Shown: positions 10,182 through 19,919, counted from the stretch's first letter. The stretch: DNA of 64,000 nucleotides from an uncultured Candidatus Saccharibacteria bacterium (GCA_964474825.1 CAYYWQ010000001.1:421609-485608), one strand, 5' to 3'. A program made the numbers and translations. The notes: generated by a model not told the origin, from the letters alone.

Positions 10182-11375
10182 TTAGCTCTGCACTAAAGCG
10201 TAAAGGTTTTTTCCAACCTTATTAAACAACTTCTTATTGGAAAGCCCAACTAAAATGGTATTCTTTTTTACCATGCGGCGTTTTAAGACTTCGTCAATGA
10301 TTTGGTCGCGGCTTAAAGGTTTGCTGGAACCTTTTAAAATTTCGGCAATAACGTCTGCCACAACTCCCGCGGTATAACCCCACTCGGACAAGGCATAAAT
10401 ACCTCGTCCAATTAAAATAAAGCGGGTGTCTTTAATAAGTTCATTGTGCACGGTTTCTTTGTAGGCTGTGCGGCTGTCAAAATGGTGCTTGTTAATCATT
10501 TCTGTAATAGCGGAATAATGCTCGGGCTTGCCATGATGCTTCATTACCAAATAGGCCTTGTCACCCACGTCTTTGGGGGAAATTTCTTTCCAATACGCAA
10601 GACCCCAGGAACCAAAAACGTTTTTTTCGATTTCTACCACAAGCGCCAAAAAGTTTAAAATAACTTTGTCGTCAAGATCTTTTTGGTTATTTTGGTAAAA
10701 TTCCGTTTGCTTGAATTTTTCCAAAAACTCGTCGGTTTTTAAAGGCTGTTTTTGTTCCTCTAGAATCCTTTTTCCCTCAGTTTGAAAATCATGGAGAAGC
10801 TGTTGGTTAAACAGCACGGCAACCCAGCTCTTTTTATAATTGTCGTGAATGAACTGTTCGAGCTCCTCAATTAAATGAAGCAAAAAAACCACGGCATTCT
10901 TGCCCTGTTCGTCGCGGATATTTAAATAAATAAGCAAATTTTCCTCGGCAATAATGCGTCCGTGCTCTGTAATAATATCCAAAAGGAAATTTTTAGCCTG
11001 GGTAAACAAAGGCAGGCCGGAACCGCTCTTCTTTAAATGCCTCAGTAAATCTTTTTCAATTTGCCTCACCCGTTCCCTTGTAAGATTGTGTTCGGCTCCA
11101 ATGGCAGCCAAGGTTTTAGTTTCATTGCTTTCAAGGCCATAGCGGTGTACCAAAATCTTCCGGTCACGCTCTTTAAGCTGTGCCAGTAATTCCTTAACAA
11201 TATCCTCAGCCCTAAACTCAGCCCGGGATTCGCTTTGCTTGTTATGAATAATGGTATCTAGAATGCCCATGAATTTATTTAACTCAATAAATTCACCCTG
11301 AGCGTAGTTCCAATTTATTGGAACGGAGCCGGAGGGTAAAATTAAATCAAAATTATTAGTAATAGTATAGCACAA
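10182..11375 (-). CDS. DNA-binding protein with a sigma-70 region-4-like HTH and a C-terminal HARE-HTH-like region
   Basis: Residues ~75-115 (ILVHRYGLESNETKTLAAIGAEHNLTRERVRQIEKDLLRHLKK) match sigma70 region 4.2. The C-terminus (GRGIYALSEWGY...) resembles HARE-HTH; this is an inference only. Confidence 0.45.
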   Translation of the reverse strand: MCYTITNNFDLILPSGSVPINWNYAQGEFIELNKFMGILDTIIHNKQSESRAEFRAEDIVKELLAQLKERDRKILVHRYGLESNETKTLAAIGAEHNLTRERVRQIEKDLLRHLKKSGSGLPLFTQAKNFLLDIITEHGRIIAEENLLIYLNIRDEQGKNAVVFLLHLIEELEQFIHDNYKKSWVAVLFNQQLLHDFQTEGKRILEEQKQPLKTDEFLEKFKQTEFYQNNQKDLDDKVILNFLALVVEIEKNVFGSWGLAYWKEISPKDVGDKAYLVMKHHGKPEHYSAITEMINKHHFDSRTAYKETVHNELIKDTRFILIGRGIYALSEWGYTAGVVADVIAEILKGSSKPLSRDQIIDEVLKRRMVKKNTILVGLSNKKLFNKVGKNLYALVQS

Positions 11376-11406
11376 AGTTATTTATATGTCAAATTAAGAC
11401 ACAAAT

Positions 11407-11436
11407 AAAAATACCCCTTAAATAAGGGGTATTTTA
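11407..11436 (-). terminator. Rho-independent terminator downstream of secF
   Basis: Perfect hairpin ATACCCCTTA/TAAGGGGTAT flanked by A/T runs. Confidence 0.55.
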
Positions 11437-11455
11437 AAAATTTAACTTATTTTGC

Positions 11456-12349
11456 TTAGATTCTTTTAGTTTTCCAGTTTTGCCAAAGAGCCAGTACCGG
11501 ACTTGCAATAAATATGGAAGAATAAGTACCGACTATAACTCCTAAAAACAAAGCAAGTACAAAATAACGGATACTCTCCCCGCCAAACAGAAGCAAAGCC
11601 AATAATACAAATAATACAGTTAGGCTGGTATTTAGAGAACGGACAATAGTTTGGCTTATGCTGTGATTGACTACAAATTCAAAGCTTTCGCCGGAGTAAA
11701 CTTTAAGGTTTTCCCTAATCCGGTCAAAAACAACAATGGTGTCATGCACAGAGAATCCCAGCACAGTTAACATGGCAGTCACAAACAAACTATCAACTTC
11801 TACTCCCTTAAAGTGGCCGAGGAGAGAAAAAACCGCCAAAACAAATAACAAGTCATGGAACAATGCAATGACCGCAGACCAACCGAAGCGCCAGGAGGTT
11901 ACCGGTTTAGAAACTCTTCGGAAAGCGTAACCAATATAAATGACGATACCAAGAGAAACTAGCAACAACTGATAAAAAGCGTCTTTTTTTAATTCTTTGC
12001 CAATTACAGGGCCTATTGACTGGAATTGCAATTCCTTAAAAGTGCCCACATCCTCGCTTAACTGTTTTTCTATGGCCTGGTGCTGGGTTTGGTCCAGACT
12101 TTCGGTTTTAATTAAAATACCGTCATTGCCGGAAGTTTGTAATTGGTATGAACCAATGTTTTGTTTGTTTAGGACTTCGCGGACTTTGTTAATGTCGTAA
12201 GGCTGGTCAAATTTTAATTCTGTTAAAGTCCCGCCTTTAAAATCAATGCCTAATTTAAGTCCGTAAAGGGACAGGGAGACAATTCCAAAAATTAAAATTA
12301 ATCCCGAAATTGTAAACCAAAGTTTGTAATATTTTATAGTGTTGAACAT
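11456..12349 (-). CDS. secF: Protein translocase subunit SecF
   Basis: 297-aa 6-TM protein with SecF-like sequence, immediately downstream of secD. Confidence 0.85.
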   Translation of the reverse strand: MFNTIKYYKLWFTISGLILIFGIVSLSLYGLKLGIDFKGGTLTELKFDQPYDINKVREVLNKQNIGSYQLQTSGNDGILIKTESLDQTQHQAIEKQLSEDVGTFKELQFQSIGPVIGKELKKDAFYQLLLVSLGIVIYIGYAFRRVSKPVTSWRFGWSAVIALFHDLLFVLAVFSLLGHFKGVEVDSLFVTAMLTVLGFSVHDTIVVFDRIRENLKVYSGESFEFVVNHSISQTIVRSLNTSLTVLFVLLALLLFGGESIRYFVLALFLGVIVGTYSSIFIASPVLALWQNWKTKRI

Positions 12350-12376
12350 GGATAGTAGTTAGTATAACGCTTTATG

Positions 12377-13873
12377 CTATCTGCTGGATTCTTCTTTTAT
12401 CTTACTGACTCCGAACAACCATGGATGTGTAAGAATATTATTTCCGACAAATAATTTTAACAAAGTTCTGGTAACTGTAATGGCAGTGAACATGGAAATT
12501 AAAATACCAATGCCTAACGTGACAGCAAAGCCTTTAATTGCGGGAGTGCCGAAGAAATACAAAATTGAAGTCGTAATTAAACTGGAAACATTGGAATCAC
12601 GTATGCTCAGCCACGCTCTTGCAAAACCGTCTTCAACAGCCTTGTGAATTTCCTTGCCGCTGCGGATTTCTTCTTTCATTCTTTCAAAGATCAAAATATT
12701 AGCGTCTACAGCCATACCAATGGATAAAATAAAGCCAGCTATGCCAGCCAAGGTTAAAGTAACAGGTGACAGCCCTCCCAAGAGCATAATTGTTATATAA
12801 CTTAAGAGCGCGAGCAGCCCAAACCAGCTATTTACCGTTAAGCCCAAAAAGAAAAATAGCCCAACAAGAAAGACAACAGTAAAGGAAACTCCAATTTTAA
12901 ATACCGCAAAGGATACTAAAGCATAAACACAAAGTGCCAAAACGGCTAAAAACCCGGGAAAGCGATAATAGGAAATCATAAATACAGCTACTAGCAACAT
13001 TCCGATCAAACCGGCAATAATGGATTTATTTACAGATTCCTGCCCCAAAGTGGCTCCAACATTTTGCTGGGAAACCAACTTAATTGGCACGGGCAAAGCA
13101 CCGCTGTTAAGCCGGGTGGCAAGCTGTTTTGCTTCGTCCACAGTAAAGCTGCCGGTTATAATTGGTTGGACATTGTCCCCTGCCGTAGCCAGGCTTGGGT
13201 CAACATTTGGCTCGCTAATGACCTGGCCGTCAACAATTATAGCAATCTTTTTGTTAACATTCTGTTTAACCAAATTGGCAAATAATTTTTGTCCTTCGTC
13301 GTTAAACTGAAGCCTGACAACAACCTGGCTGCCTAGGCTGCTTCCTTGCTGAAAATCGACAGAAGCTTTTTCTAATTGTTTACCGGAAAGACCCGTTGGA
13401 ATCCAAGCCGCCAAAGGGTCAAGTGTTACTGTGCCATTAGCATCTACGTTTGCTTCAGAAGGATTAGGATTTTGGACACGAAACTCCAAAGTCGGAGTTT
13501 GCCCGATTAAGGTAATGGCTTGGTTGATGTCTTTAATTCCGGGTAGCTCCACAATAATCCTGTCGTTTCCCGACACTTGGACCAAGGGCTCAGACACTCC
13601 AAAACCGTTCACACGCCTTTCAATGGTGTCGCGGACAGAAGCCAAAGCGTCGGCCCTGTCTCCACTTGCCACATCTTTAAAGTCAGCCTGGTACACAAGG
13701 TGGGAACCACCCTGTAAATCCAAACCCAAATGAACTCTAAAGTCCCGCTGAAAGTTAATTTTTAATTTCTTAAGATTAATTCTGCTGCCTTTTGGGTAAA
13801 CAATCCAAGCGGCCGCGGCGGCTAATACTACAATAGCCGCAAAGGAAAGGAATAATTTAGCTTTTGGGGTCAT
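12377..13873 (-). CDS. secD: Protein translocase subunit SecD
   Basis: 498 aa, N-terminal TM helix, large periplasmic domain, C-terminal SecD/F TM bundle. Confidence 0.85.
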   Translation of the reverse strand: MTPKAKLFLSFAAIVVLAAAAAWIVYPKGSRINLKKLKINFQRDFRVHLGLDLQGGSHLVYQADFKDVASGDRADALASVRDTIERRVNGFGVSEPLVQVSGNDRIIVELPGIKDINQAITLIGQTPTLEFRVQNPNPSEANVDANGTVTLDPLAAWIPTGLSGKQLEKASVDFQQGSSLGSQVVVRLQFNDEGQKLFANLVKQNVNKKIAIIVDGQVISEPNVDPSLATAGDNVQPIITGSFTVDEAKQLATRLNSGALPVPIKLVSQQNVGATLGQESVNKSIIAGLIGMLLVAVFMISYYRFPGFLAVLALCVYALVSFAVFKIGVSFTVVFLVGLFFFLGLTVNSWFGLLALLSYITIMLLGGLSPVTLTLAGIAGFILSIGMAVDANILIFERMKEEIRSGKEIHKAVEDGFARAWLSIRDSNVSSLITTSILYFFGTPAIKGFAVTLGIGILISMFTAITVTRTLLKLFVGNNILTHPWLFGVSKIKEESSR

Positions 13874-14005
13874 GAAATTTTAATAAACTAAAAAGTAAGT
13901 TTTCAGTTATCTTTTAATATCTACAATAGTATAAACAAACATTAAGTTTTTGGCAATATGCCCTTATTTAGCTTTTAGGCAGTGATTGATTTCATCCAAT
14001 AGTGT

Positions 14006-14647
14006 TCATTGTATCACAATTTTTGTGCCGAGGTCTGCCCAGTTATAAAGGGCTTCTACGTCGGCGTAGGAAACATTAACGCAGCCATGGCTCATAACTT
14101 TTCCGAAATTATTATGCCAATAAGCACCGTGAATATAGAGATTGCCGCCTTTTTGGTATTTAAAAAGCATGTTCCAGCGGGTATTGGGGTAGTCGTAATT
14201 AGTCCCTTTGTAATGCACGGAGGGGAGCTTTTTTAGGATACTATATTCCCCCGCGGGCGTGGGCCGGCTCTTGGTTCCGCTGGAAACCAATATTTCCCTT
14301 ACCTGGTAAGGCCCTAAAAAATAAGTCAGAGTCTGAGTTTTTAAATCTACGTAAATTAACTTTTCCAGCCTGTCCTCGCCAAACTTGTTAGGGTCAAAAA
14401 CGTTTTTTACCTCCTCGCCGTCTGAAAACCCGTCTCCGTCGGAATCGCCTTGCTGAGGATTTGTTTTGTATATGTTAATTTCTTCGAAGTCTGTTAAGCC
14501 GTCGCCGTCAGTGTCTAGGGTTTTTAATTCAGCGTCTGTCTGCTGCATTTGCAACCCGGCCGGCGTAGAAGTTGCTTTTTGTGCAAAAGCAAATTTTGGC
14601 AAAAAAAGTATGCCGACGATAAAAATAAAAAATAAGTATTTTTTCAT
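14006..14647 (-). CDS. L,D-transpeptidase (YkuD domain) with signal peptide and Ca-binding-like D-x-D-G-D motifs
   Basis: Signal peptide. DTDGDGLTDFEE and DSDGDGFSDGEE motifs (thrombospondin type-3 / EF-hand-like). YkuD catalytic region HGAYWHNNFGKVMSHGCVN. Confidence 0.75.
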   Translation of the reverse strand: MKKYLFFIFIVGILFLPKFAFAQKATSTPAGLQMQQTDAELKTLDTDGDGLTDFEEINIYKTNPQQGDSDGDGFSDGEEVKNVFDPNKFGEDRLEKLIYVDLKTQTLTYFLGPYQVREILVSSGTKSRPTPAGEYSILKKLPSVHYKGTNYDYPNTRWNMLFKYQKGGNLYIHGAYWHNNFGKVMSHGCVNVSYADVEALYNWADLGTKIVIQ

Positions 14648-14650
14648 GAT

Positions 14651-15259
14651 TTAAACCTTTGCGGCACCTTGGCGCAAAATTACTGCTTTTTTGTTTTCTA
14701 TTTTTATAAGGGTTGAGGGCTCCGAGACTCTTTTGCCGCAGTCCAAATAAAAATCTATTTTGTCCCCAAAATAATTTTGCGCTTCGGCAATTGTAAGCGC
14801 CGGGCTTTGGCCTTCAAAGTTGACGCTGGGAGCAACTAAAGGACCTGTTTGTTTAAGTAGGCTCCTAAGTTTGTGGTCGTCCGGCAGCCGAAACGCCAGG
14901 GTTTGGGTTTTGCGGTGCAAATAATCCAAGTCCTTACTATGGCAAGAAAGCACCACACTAACTTTTCCAGGCCAAACTTTGGCCAGTAATTTCGCGGCCG
15001 CTGGCTCAAGCTCCACATCAAACTGAGCAAGGTCGTGGATGGAAGAAATTAAAATAATAAAAGGCTTAAGGGGTGTACGCCTGCGCAAACGGTATATTTT
15101 TTCCACGGTCTTGCGGTTAAAAGCCAAACCCACCAACCCATACAAAGTGTCGGTTGGCACAACTCCGATCTTTCCATGCTTTAAAGACCTACACACTGAC
15201 AACAGGGCCTTCTTTTCTTCAGCCTTGGTCTCTCCCAAATTTAAAATTAATGCTTTCAT
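14651..15259 (-). CDS. tsaC: L-threonylcarbamoyladenylate synthase (YrdC/Sua5 family)
   Basis: YrdC signature VVPTDTLYGLVG; 202 aa. Confidence 0.75.
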   Translation of the reverse strand: MKALILNLGETKAEEKKALLSVCRSLKHGKIGVVPTDTLYGLVGLAFNRKTVEKIYRLRRRTPLKPFIILISSIHDLAQFDVELEPAAAKLLAKVWPGKVSVVLSCHSKDLDYLHRKTQTLAFRLPDDHKLRSLLKQTGPLVAPSVNFEGQSPALTIAEAQNYFGDKIDFYLDCGKRVSEPSTLIKIENKKAVILRQGAAKV

Positions 15260-15960
15260 ATGGATACTAGACCAATATAAGCAACCATTGCCTCAACCTG
15301 AGCTGGTTTGTCGCGCCTAAAAGAAAAATACTGGTCGCTTAAGCAATAAGTGCACTCGTTGCTTACTTCAATATTTAAAGGATTAATGGCTAAGTTCAGC
15401 AACTGCCGGTTTATAATGCCGGGTAAATCGACAAAATTTTTATTCCCCTGCTCAACTTGTTCAGGATAATCTTTAAATGCAGTAACTACATCCTCCTTAA
15501 CTTCAAAATGGTGTTTCTGAATACCCGGACCAATTAAGGCTAATATGTTTTGCGGAAGGCAACCACACTCTTTAACCATTAAACTTAAAGTGTTATTTAT
15601 TATTCCGCCGGCTATCCCACGCCAGCCCGCATGAGCCAAACCTATTACCTGTTTTACCGGGTCATACAAATATACAGGAAAGCAGTCCGCGACCGTTATG
15701 CTTAAAAATAAATTAGTAAGGGCCGTAATTAAACCGTCCGTTTCAGGGATTTGTTTGCCACGATCCGCAAAGGTTATTATTTTGACATTTTTAGAATTGG
15801 AGACCAAAGCAACCACTAAATTATTTAATTTATTTGAAGCAAGAAAATTTTCTCTGTTTTGGGAAGTTGAGCCGTCCGCAAAAACCTTCATTGACCCGTC
15901 AGGTTTTCGCGACAGGCCAAACTTTAGGTTGGGAAAGTTTTTCAGCATTTTTCCACTCAT
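15256..15960 (-). CDS. pgeF: Peptidoglycan editing factor / purine nucleoside phosphorylase (YfiH/DUF152 laccase-domain family)
   Basis: Conserved HAGWRG motif (GLAHAGWRGIAGG) and CxxC region; 234 aa. Confidence 0.75.
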   Translation of the reverse strand: MSGKMLKNFPNLKFGLSRKPDGSMKVFADGSTSQNRENFLASNKLNNLVVALVSNSKNVKIITFADRGKQIPETDGLITALTNLFLSITVADCFPVYLYDPVKQVIGLAHAGWRGIAGGIINNTLSLMVKECGCLPQNILALIGPGIQKHHFEVKEDVVTAFKDYPEQVEQGNKNFVDLPGIINRQLLNLAINPLNIEVSNECTYCLSDQYFSFRRDKPAQVEAMVAYIGLVSI

Positions 15961-18494
15961 GAATTTAAAAATTCTTTTATTTTATGGTCGTCTTGTTTAA
16001 GCCACAAAATGTTGGAACGAATTTCCTCCAAAGCCTGGCTTACTGTCCTGTCTGCTCCGGGGTGGGCGTGAGTTTTGAAAAACTTTTTGACTTCAGACAG
16101 CTCTGCTTCAGTATGTAATGCCCCGAGAGGCTTAATGAACCTTCCTAACAAGTGTCCCCCGTGACCGTAGCGTTTTAGGAGCTCAGGCCAATGTTTTTGG
16201 ATAAATTTCCAAGCTAAATTCCGCGCCGCGTTATTTCCAAAGGCACCATAAAACATCATCGGCGTATCCTGGGCACGAACTTGTTTCGACATAAAAAAAT
16301 CCAGAGCCTTCTCAATGGTTGCTTTTTGTTTAAATTTTCCCAAAGACCTGCCCAGCCTGTTGCGTTCTTCATGCAAGGTTTCTTTGGTATATAAATTAAT
16401 TAATTTTTGTTGTTCTTTTAGTCCGCCGTTTGCGGCAACTAAATTATAAACCACTCCCCGGACGTCCGGATTGATTTTCCCGGCGGCAAATTTCTTTAAA
16501 GCAACGGAGACCACCTTTTGGTCCCCGAAATATCCAGCTGTACTCAAAGCAAGGCTTCGGAGCAGAACAGCAGTGTGGGATTCGCCGTTTTGCTTTTCCC
16601 ACCCCAATTTTTTAACAATTTTTTCAAATAATTTACCGGAAAATAAACGGAATTTTTCATAGTAGGGTTGGTCAAAAACCAATTGATCTATTTCTAAAAG
16701 CCCCGCGGCGAGCTCTACCCAAACTGTATAGTCTGTTTCTTCAACATAATTTTCACTGAATTCCAAAGCCCTAACTACGGAAATTTCTCCTGCTTTTGCC
16801 AAAGCAAATAAGTCCCGAATAATGCCGAGCCGGTCTATGGCCGGCAACTGCATTTTGGAAACGGGCTCGGCTAACGACGCCAAAAGACGAGGTTCGTAGT
16901 TGGTCCGGAAAAACCCGGTTTCACCAGCGTTAATTTTAAGCCACGCATCCCCACTCCCTGCAAAAATTTTTGACTTTGTATCAAGTAAGTATTGGCTTGG
17001 GCTTTTACGGGCAGGAGCAAGCATTCCCACAGGGGTCTGCCATATTGCATTATCGCGGGCAAAGTTTTTTGTTGCTAAACTGGAAAAAAATCTTTGCTGC
17101 GTAAATTTTAGGTTATTATTTATTTTCTCAATTTTAATAACCGGATAACCGGGCTTACTGGTCCAGTTTTGCATCATTTTTCTTACAGGTTTTTTAGAAA
17201 TTCTTTCAAACGCCTCCCATAAATGGATAGTAGAAGCGTTTTGGTAAGAATGTTTTTTTAAATAATGTCTTAGGCCGTCCCGAAAACCTGCCTCACCCAA
17301 ATAAGCCGCTAGCATTCTAATAACGCTGCTGCCTTTACTGTAACTGACCTCGTCAAAAATTTCTCCAATTTCATTGGGATGATGAACTTCAACTTCTATT
17401 GGGTGAGTGCTGGCCAAACTGTCGAGCTTTAGAGCCACGCCTAAGTCGTTGTAGGCAAACTGGGTCCAAATATCCCACTGCGGAAAAATATGGTCAACGG
17501 CTAAATATTCAATATAAGATGCGAAGCCTTCGTTAAGCCATAGGTGAGTCCACCATTCCATTGTCACTAAATTACCAAACCACTGGTGCGCCAATTCGTG
17601 TGCAATAACCAAAGCCACCCATTGTTTGTTTGCAGCCGACGAATGATCTTCGTCCACCAAAAGCGCAGATTCTCTGTAAGTAATTGCGCCCCAGTTTTCC
17701 ATTGCGCCATGGGCAAAATCCGGAATGGCGACCATATCTAAAGTATTAAGTGGGTAGGGAATGTCAAAATATTTGTTGTAAAATTCCAATGTTTTAACAG
17801 CGCAGTCTAAGGCAAATTTTGCCTGATGCTTTTTTCCGGGAGTGGTATGGACGCGGACAATTACCCCGCTTTTGGTTTTTCTTTCCAAGAATTCAAATTC
17901 CCCCACAATAAAAGCCACCAAATAAGTGGACATCTTTGGCGAAGGATGAAAACTAATAAGCTTATAACCTGCCTCGTGCTCTTTTATTTCGGAAGGGAGG
18001 GTGTTAGAAATTGCCGTTAAATTTTCCGGAACAATTAAATTAATCTCAAACACAGCCTTTAAGGCCGGTTCGTCAAAGCTTGGGAAAGCTCTGCGAGCGT
18101 CCGTAGCCTCAAATTGGCTCGTGGCAAGGTGCTTTGTCTTACCTTCATGCGAATACGAGCTCTTATAAAAGCCCCGCATGTGGTCGTTTAGCAGTCCTTT
18201 AAAGGTAAGCTTAAACCTATACTTGCCTTTTTTTAAAACTTTTGGGAATGCAAAACTGGCGGTTTCCGCTTTTTGGTCAAAGCTGATTTTTGCCCACAAT
18301 TCTTCTTTCTGAACTATTGAAGCCGCGCTAATGTCCAGCTCCTTAGAATGCAAAGTAATTTGTGAAGTAGGTTTTTTTACGTCAATTGAAATTTCTTCAT
18401 GCCCGGCAAAAGTAAAGGCCTGAAGGTCCGGCTTGATTGTAATGTTATATTTTATGGGAATAATGTGTGGCGACAGTCTAACCTTTTTTTGCAT
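15957..18494 (-). CDS. pepN: Aminopeptidase N (M1 family zinc metallopeptidase)
   Basis: GAMEN motif (HGAMENWG) and zinc site HELAHQWFGN...x18...E; 845 aa. Confidence 0.9.
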   Translation of the reverse strand: MQKKVRLSPHIIPIKYNITIKPDLQAFTFAGHEEISIDVKKPTSQITLHSKELDISAASIVQKEELWAKISFDQKAETASFAFPKVLKKGKYRFKLTFKGLLNDHMRGFYKSSYSHEGKTKHLATSQFEATDARRAFPSFDEPALKAVFEINLIVPENLTAISNTLPSEIKEHEAGYKLISFHPSPKMSTYLVAFIVGEFEFLERKTKSGVIVRVHTTPGKKHQAKFALDCAVKTLEFYNKYFDIPYPLNTLDMVAIPDFAHGAMENWGAITYRESALLVDEDHSSAANKQWVALVIAHELAHQWFGNLVTMEWWTHLWLNEGFASYIEYLAVDHIFPQWDIWTQFAYNDLGVALKLDSLASTHPIEVEVHHPNEIGEIFDEVSYSKGSSVIRMLAAYLGEAGFRDGLRHYLKKHSYQNASTIHLWEAFERISKKPVRKMMQNWTSKPGYPVIKIEKINNNLKFTQQRFFSSLATKNFARDNAIWQTPVGMLAPARKSPSQYLLDTKSKIFAGSGDAWLKINAGETGFFRTNYEPRLLASLAEPVSKMQLPAIDRLGIIRDLFALAKAGEISVVRALEFSENYVEETDYTVWVELAAGLLEIDQLVFDQPYYEKFRLFSGKLFEKIVKKLGWEKQNGESHTAVLLRSLALSTAGYFGDQKVVSVALKKFAAGKINPDVRGVVYNLVAANGGLKEQQKLINLYTKETLHEERNRLGRSLGKFKQKATIEKALDFFMSKQVRAQDTPMMFYGAFGNNAARNLAWKFIQKHWPELLKRYGHGGHLLGRFIKPLGALHTEAELSEVKKFFKTHAHPGADRTVSQALEEIRSNILWLKQDDHKIKEFLNS

Positions 18495-19050
18495 AAAGAA
18501 TTTCTTTCAATTTCTTAAAATCATTTTTTAATTCCTGGCGAAGATTTGGGTTATAAAGCGGCGCGGCCGGATGATAAACTATTAAATATTTTATGCCGTC
18601 TTTTTCTATTAGCGTTCCGTGTATTTGGGCAATGGGAAATTTTTCCTTTAGTACGGCCTGGCTTGCTACATTACCCAGTAATACAACTACTTGGGGCTTA
18701 ATAATTTTAAACTGCGCGAAAAGATGTATCCTTCCGTGCTCTATGTCTGCCGGCTTTGGAGTTACGTATTCCGGCAAGTACTTTACCGCACTGGTTATAA
18801 AAACGTCTTCATCTTTTAAGCCCGCTTCCACAAACATTTGCCGTAAAAGTTTTCCCGCCCTTCCTATAAACGGCCTGCCGGTTTCAGCTTCTTTTTTCCC
18901 CGGAGCCTCGCCAACAAACATAACATCCGCATTAGCGCTCCCCTCGCCCGGTACAGCTTTGCCAATTTTTCCTTTTTTGCAAATTTTACAATTTTCTATT
19001 TCCTTTGCAATTTTATCCAATTCTATTTGTTTATTTAAAATTTTTGCCAT
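18478..19050 (-). CDS. Uracil-DNA glycosylase, family 4 (Fe-S type)
   Basis: GEAPGKKEAETGRPFIGRAGKLL motif and N-terminal Cys cluster. Start placed at the internal Met (MAKIL) to reduce overlap with the NUDIX gene; the longest ORF begins at 19104. Confidence 0.7.
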   Translation of the reverse strand: MAKILNKQIELDKIAKEIENCKICKKGKIGKAVPGEGSANADVMFVGEAPGKKEAETGRPFIGRAGKLLRQMFVEAGLKDEDVFITSAVKYLPEYVTPKPADIEHGRIHLFAQFKIIKPQVVVLLGNVASQAVLKEKFPIAQIHGTLIEKDGIKYLIVYHPAAPLYNPNLRQELKNDFKKLKEILYAKKG

Positions 19051-19486
19051 GACAGTCTTTAAATTTTTTACCACTACGACAAAGACAAGGTGGGTTATTG
19101 GCAAAAAATGTTTCCGGCGCTCCCAAAAGGGGCTTTGGGAGATTATTTAAATCAAACCAACCGATTTCTGAACATTTTTCCGGCTCCATAATTTTAGGTT
19201 CGCCTGTATAAGATTTAACTAGAAAATCCAAATTAAGGTAATGGCCTGCAGGCAAAAAAATATTGTTATTTACTGCCCACAACTCTGCATCTATAATGTC
19301 TAAGTTGACTTCTTCTTTTGCCTCGCGTTTCACCCAATCCAAAAATTCTTCACCCATTTCCAAATGTCCTCCGGGCGGACACCAGGTAGTTCCGCTTTCA
19401 GCCCTGGTTTCTTTCATCATTAATACCTGGTTCTTGCTGTTTAAAATATAAATGCCGTTTCCAACCTTTGGTCTTAGCTTTTCCAT
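19031..19486 (-). CDS. NUDIX hydrolase with a C-terminal SEC-C metal-binding motif
   Basis: Nudix box GGHLEMGEEFLDWVKREAKEEVNL. C-terminal CLCRSGKKFKDCHG resembles the SEC-C motif also present at the SecA C-terminus. Confidence 0.7.
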   Translation of the reverse strand: MEKLRPKVGNGIYILNSKNQVLMMKETRAESGTTWCPPGGHLEMGEEFLDWVKREAKEEVNLDIIDAELWAVNNNIFLPAGHYLNLDFLVKSYTGEPKIMEPEKCSEIGWFDLNNLPKPLLGAPETFFANNPPCLCRSGKKFKDCHGKNFK

Positions 19487-19576
19487 TCAAAGTCTTTTAA
19501 AACTTATATTTATGCTATAAGTATAACATAAAAAATCCCGCCCCAAGCGTAAACCGAGGGACGGGATTTTAAAATA

Positions 19577-19888
19577 TTATGCGTGATTATGACCGGCGTG
19601 TTCGTCCGGAATTTCGGCAGCGGGAGTCTCTGGCTGCTTGCTTTTCCGTTCGTCTTCCAGCTTATGAATAGTCGCGTTAATTTTTTCACTAAATTCTTTT
19701 ATTTGGTCATTGCCGTTAACTAGCATTTCACCCAATTTTTCAGGGTCTATCTTCATTAACTGAGCAATAATTACGAGCAGTGCGGAATTGGTTGCCAAAT
19801 TGCGTTCCAGGCTCTGTTGCTGGATAAATAATTCATAAAGTACTTTTTCAGTTTTGTTTGGTTCTTTGCGTTTGAAATCGTGGGCCAT
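19577..19888 (-). CDS. Hypothetical small protein downstream of secA (His-rich C-terminus)
   Basis: 103-aa ORF in an operon-like position after secA with a terminator hairpin downstream (19529-19570). No recognisable motifs. Confidence 0.3.
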   Translation of the reverse strand: MAHDFKRKEPNKTEKVLYELFIQQQSLERNLATNSALLVIIAQLMKIDPEKLGEMLVNGNDQIKEFSEKINATIHKLEDERKSKQPETPAAEIPDEHAGHNHA

Positions 19889-19919
19889 AAGTTAGTAATT
19901 AGTTATTAATAAGTAGTAA

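Noticed and set aside
14836-15030. 64-aa minus-strand ORF nested inside tsaC
   Set aside because: Different frame of the same strand inside a confident gene. No support.
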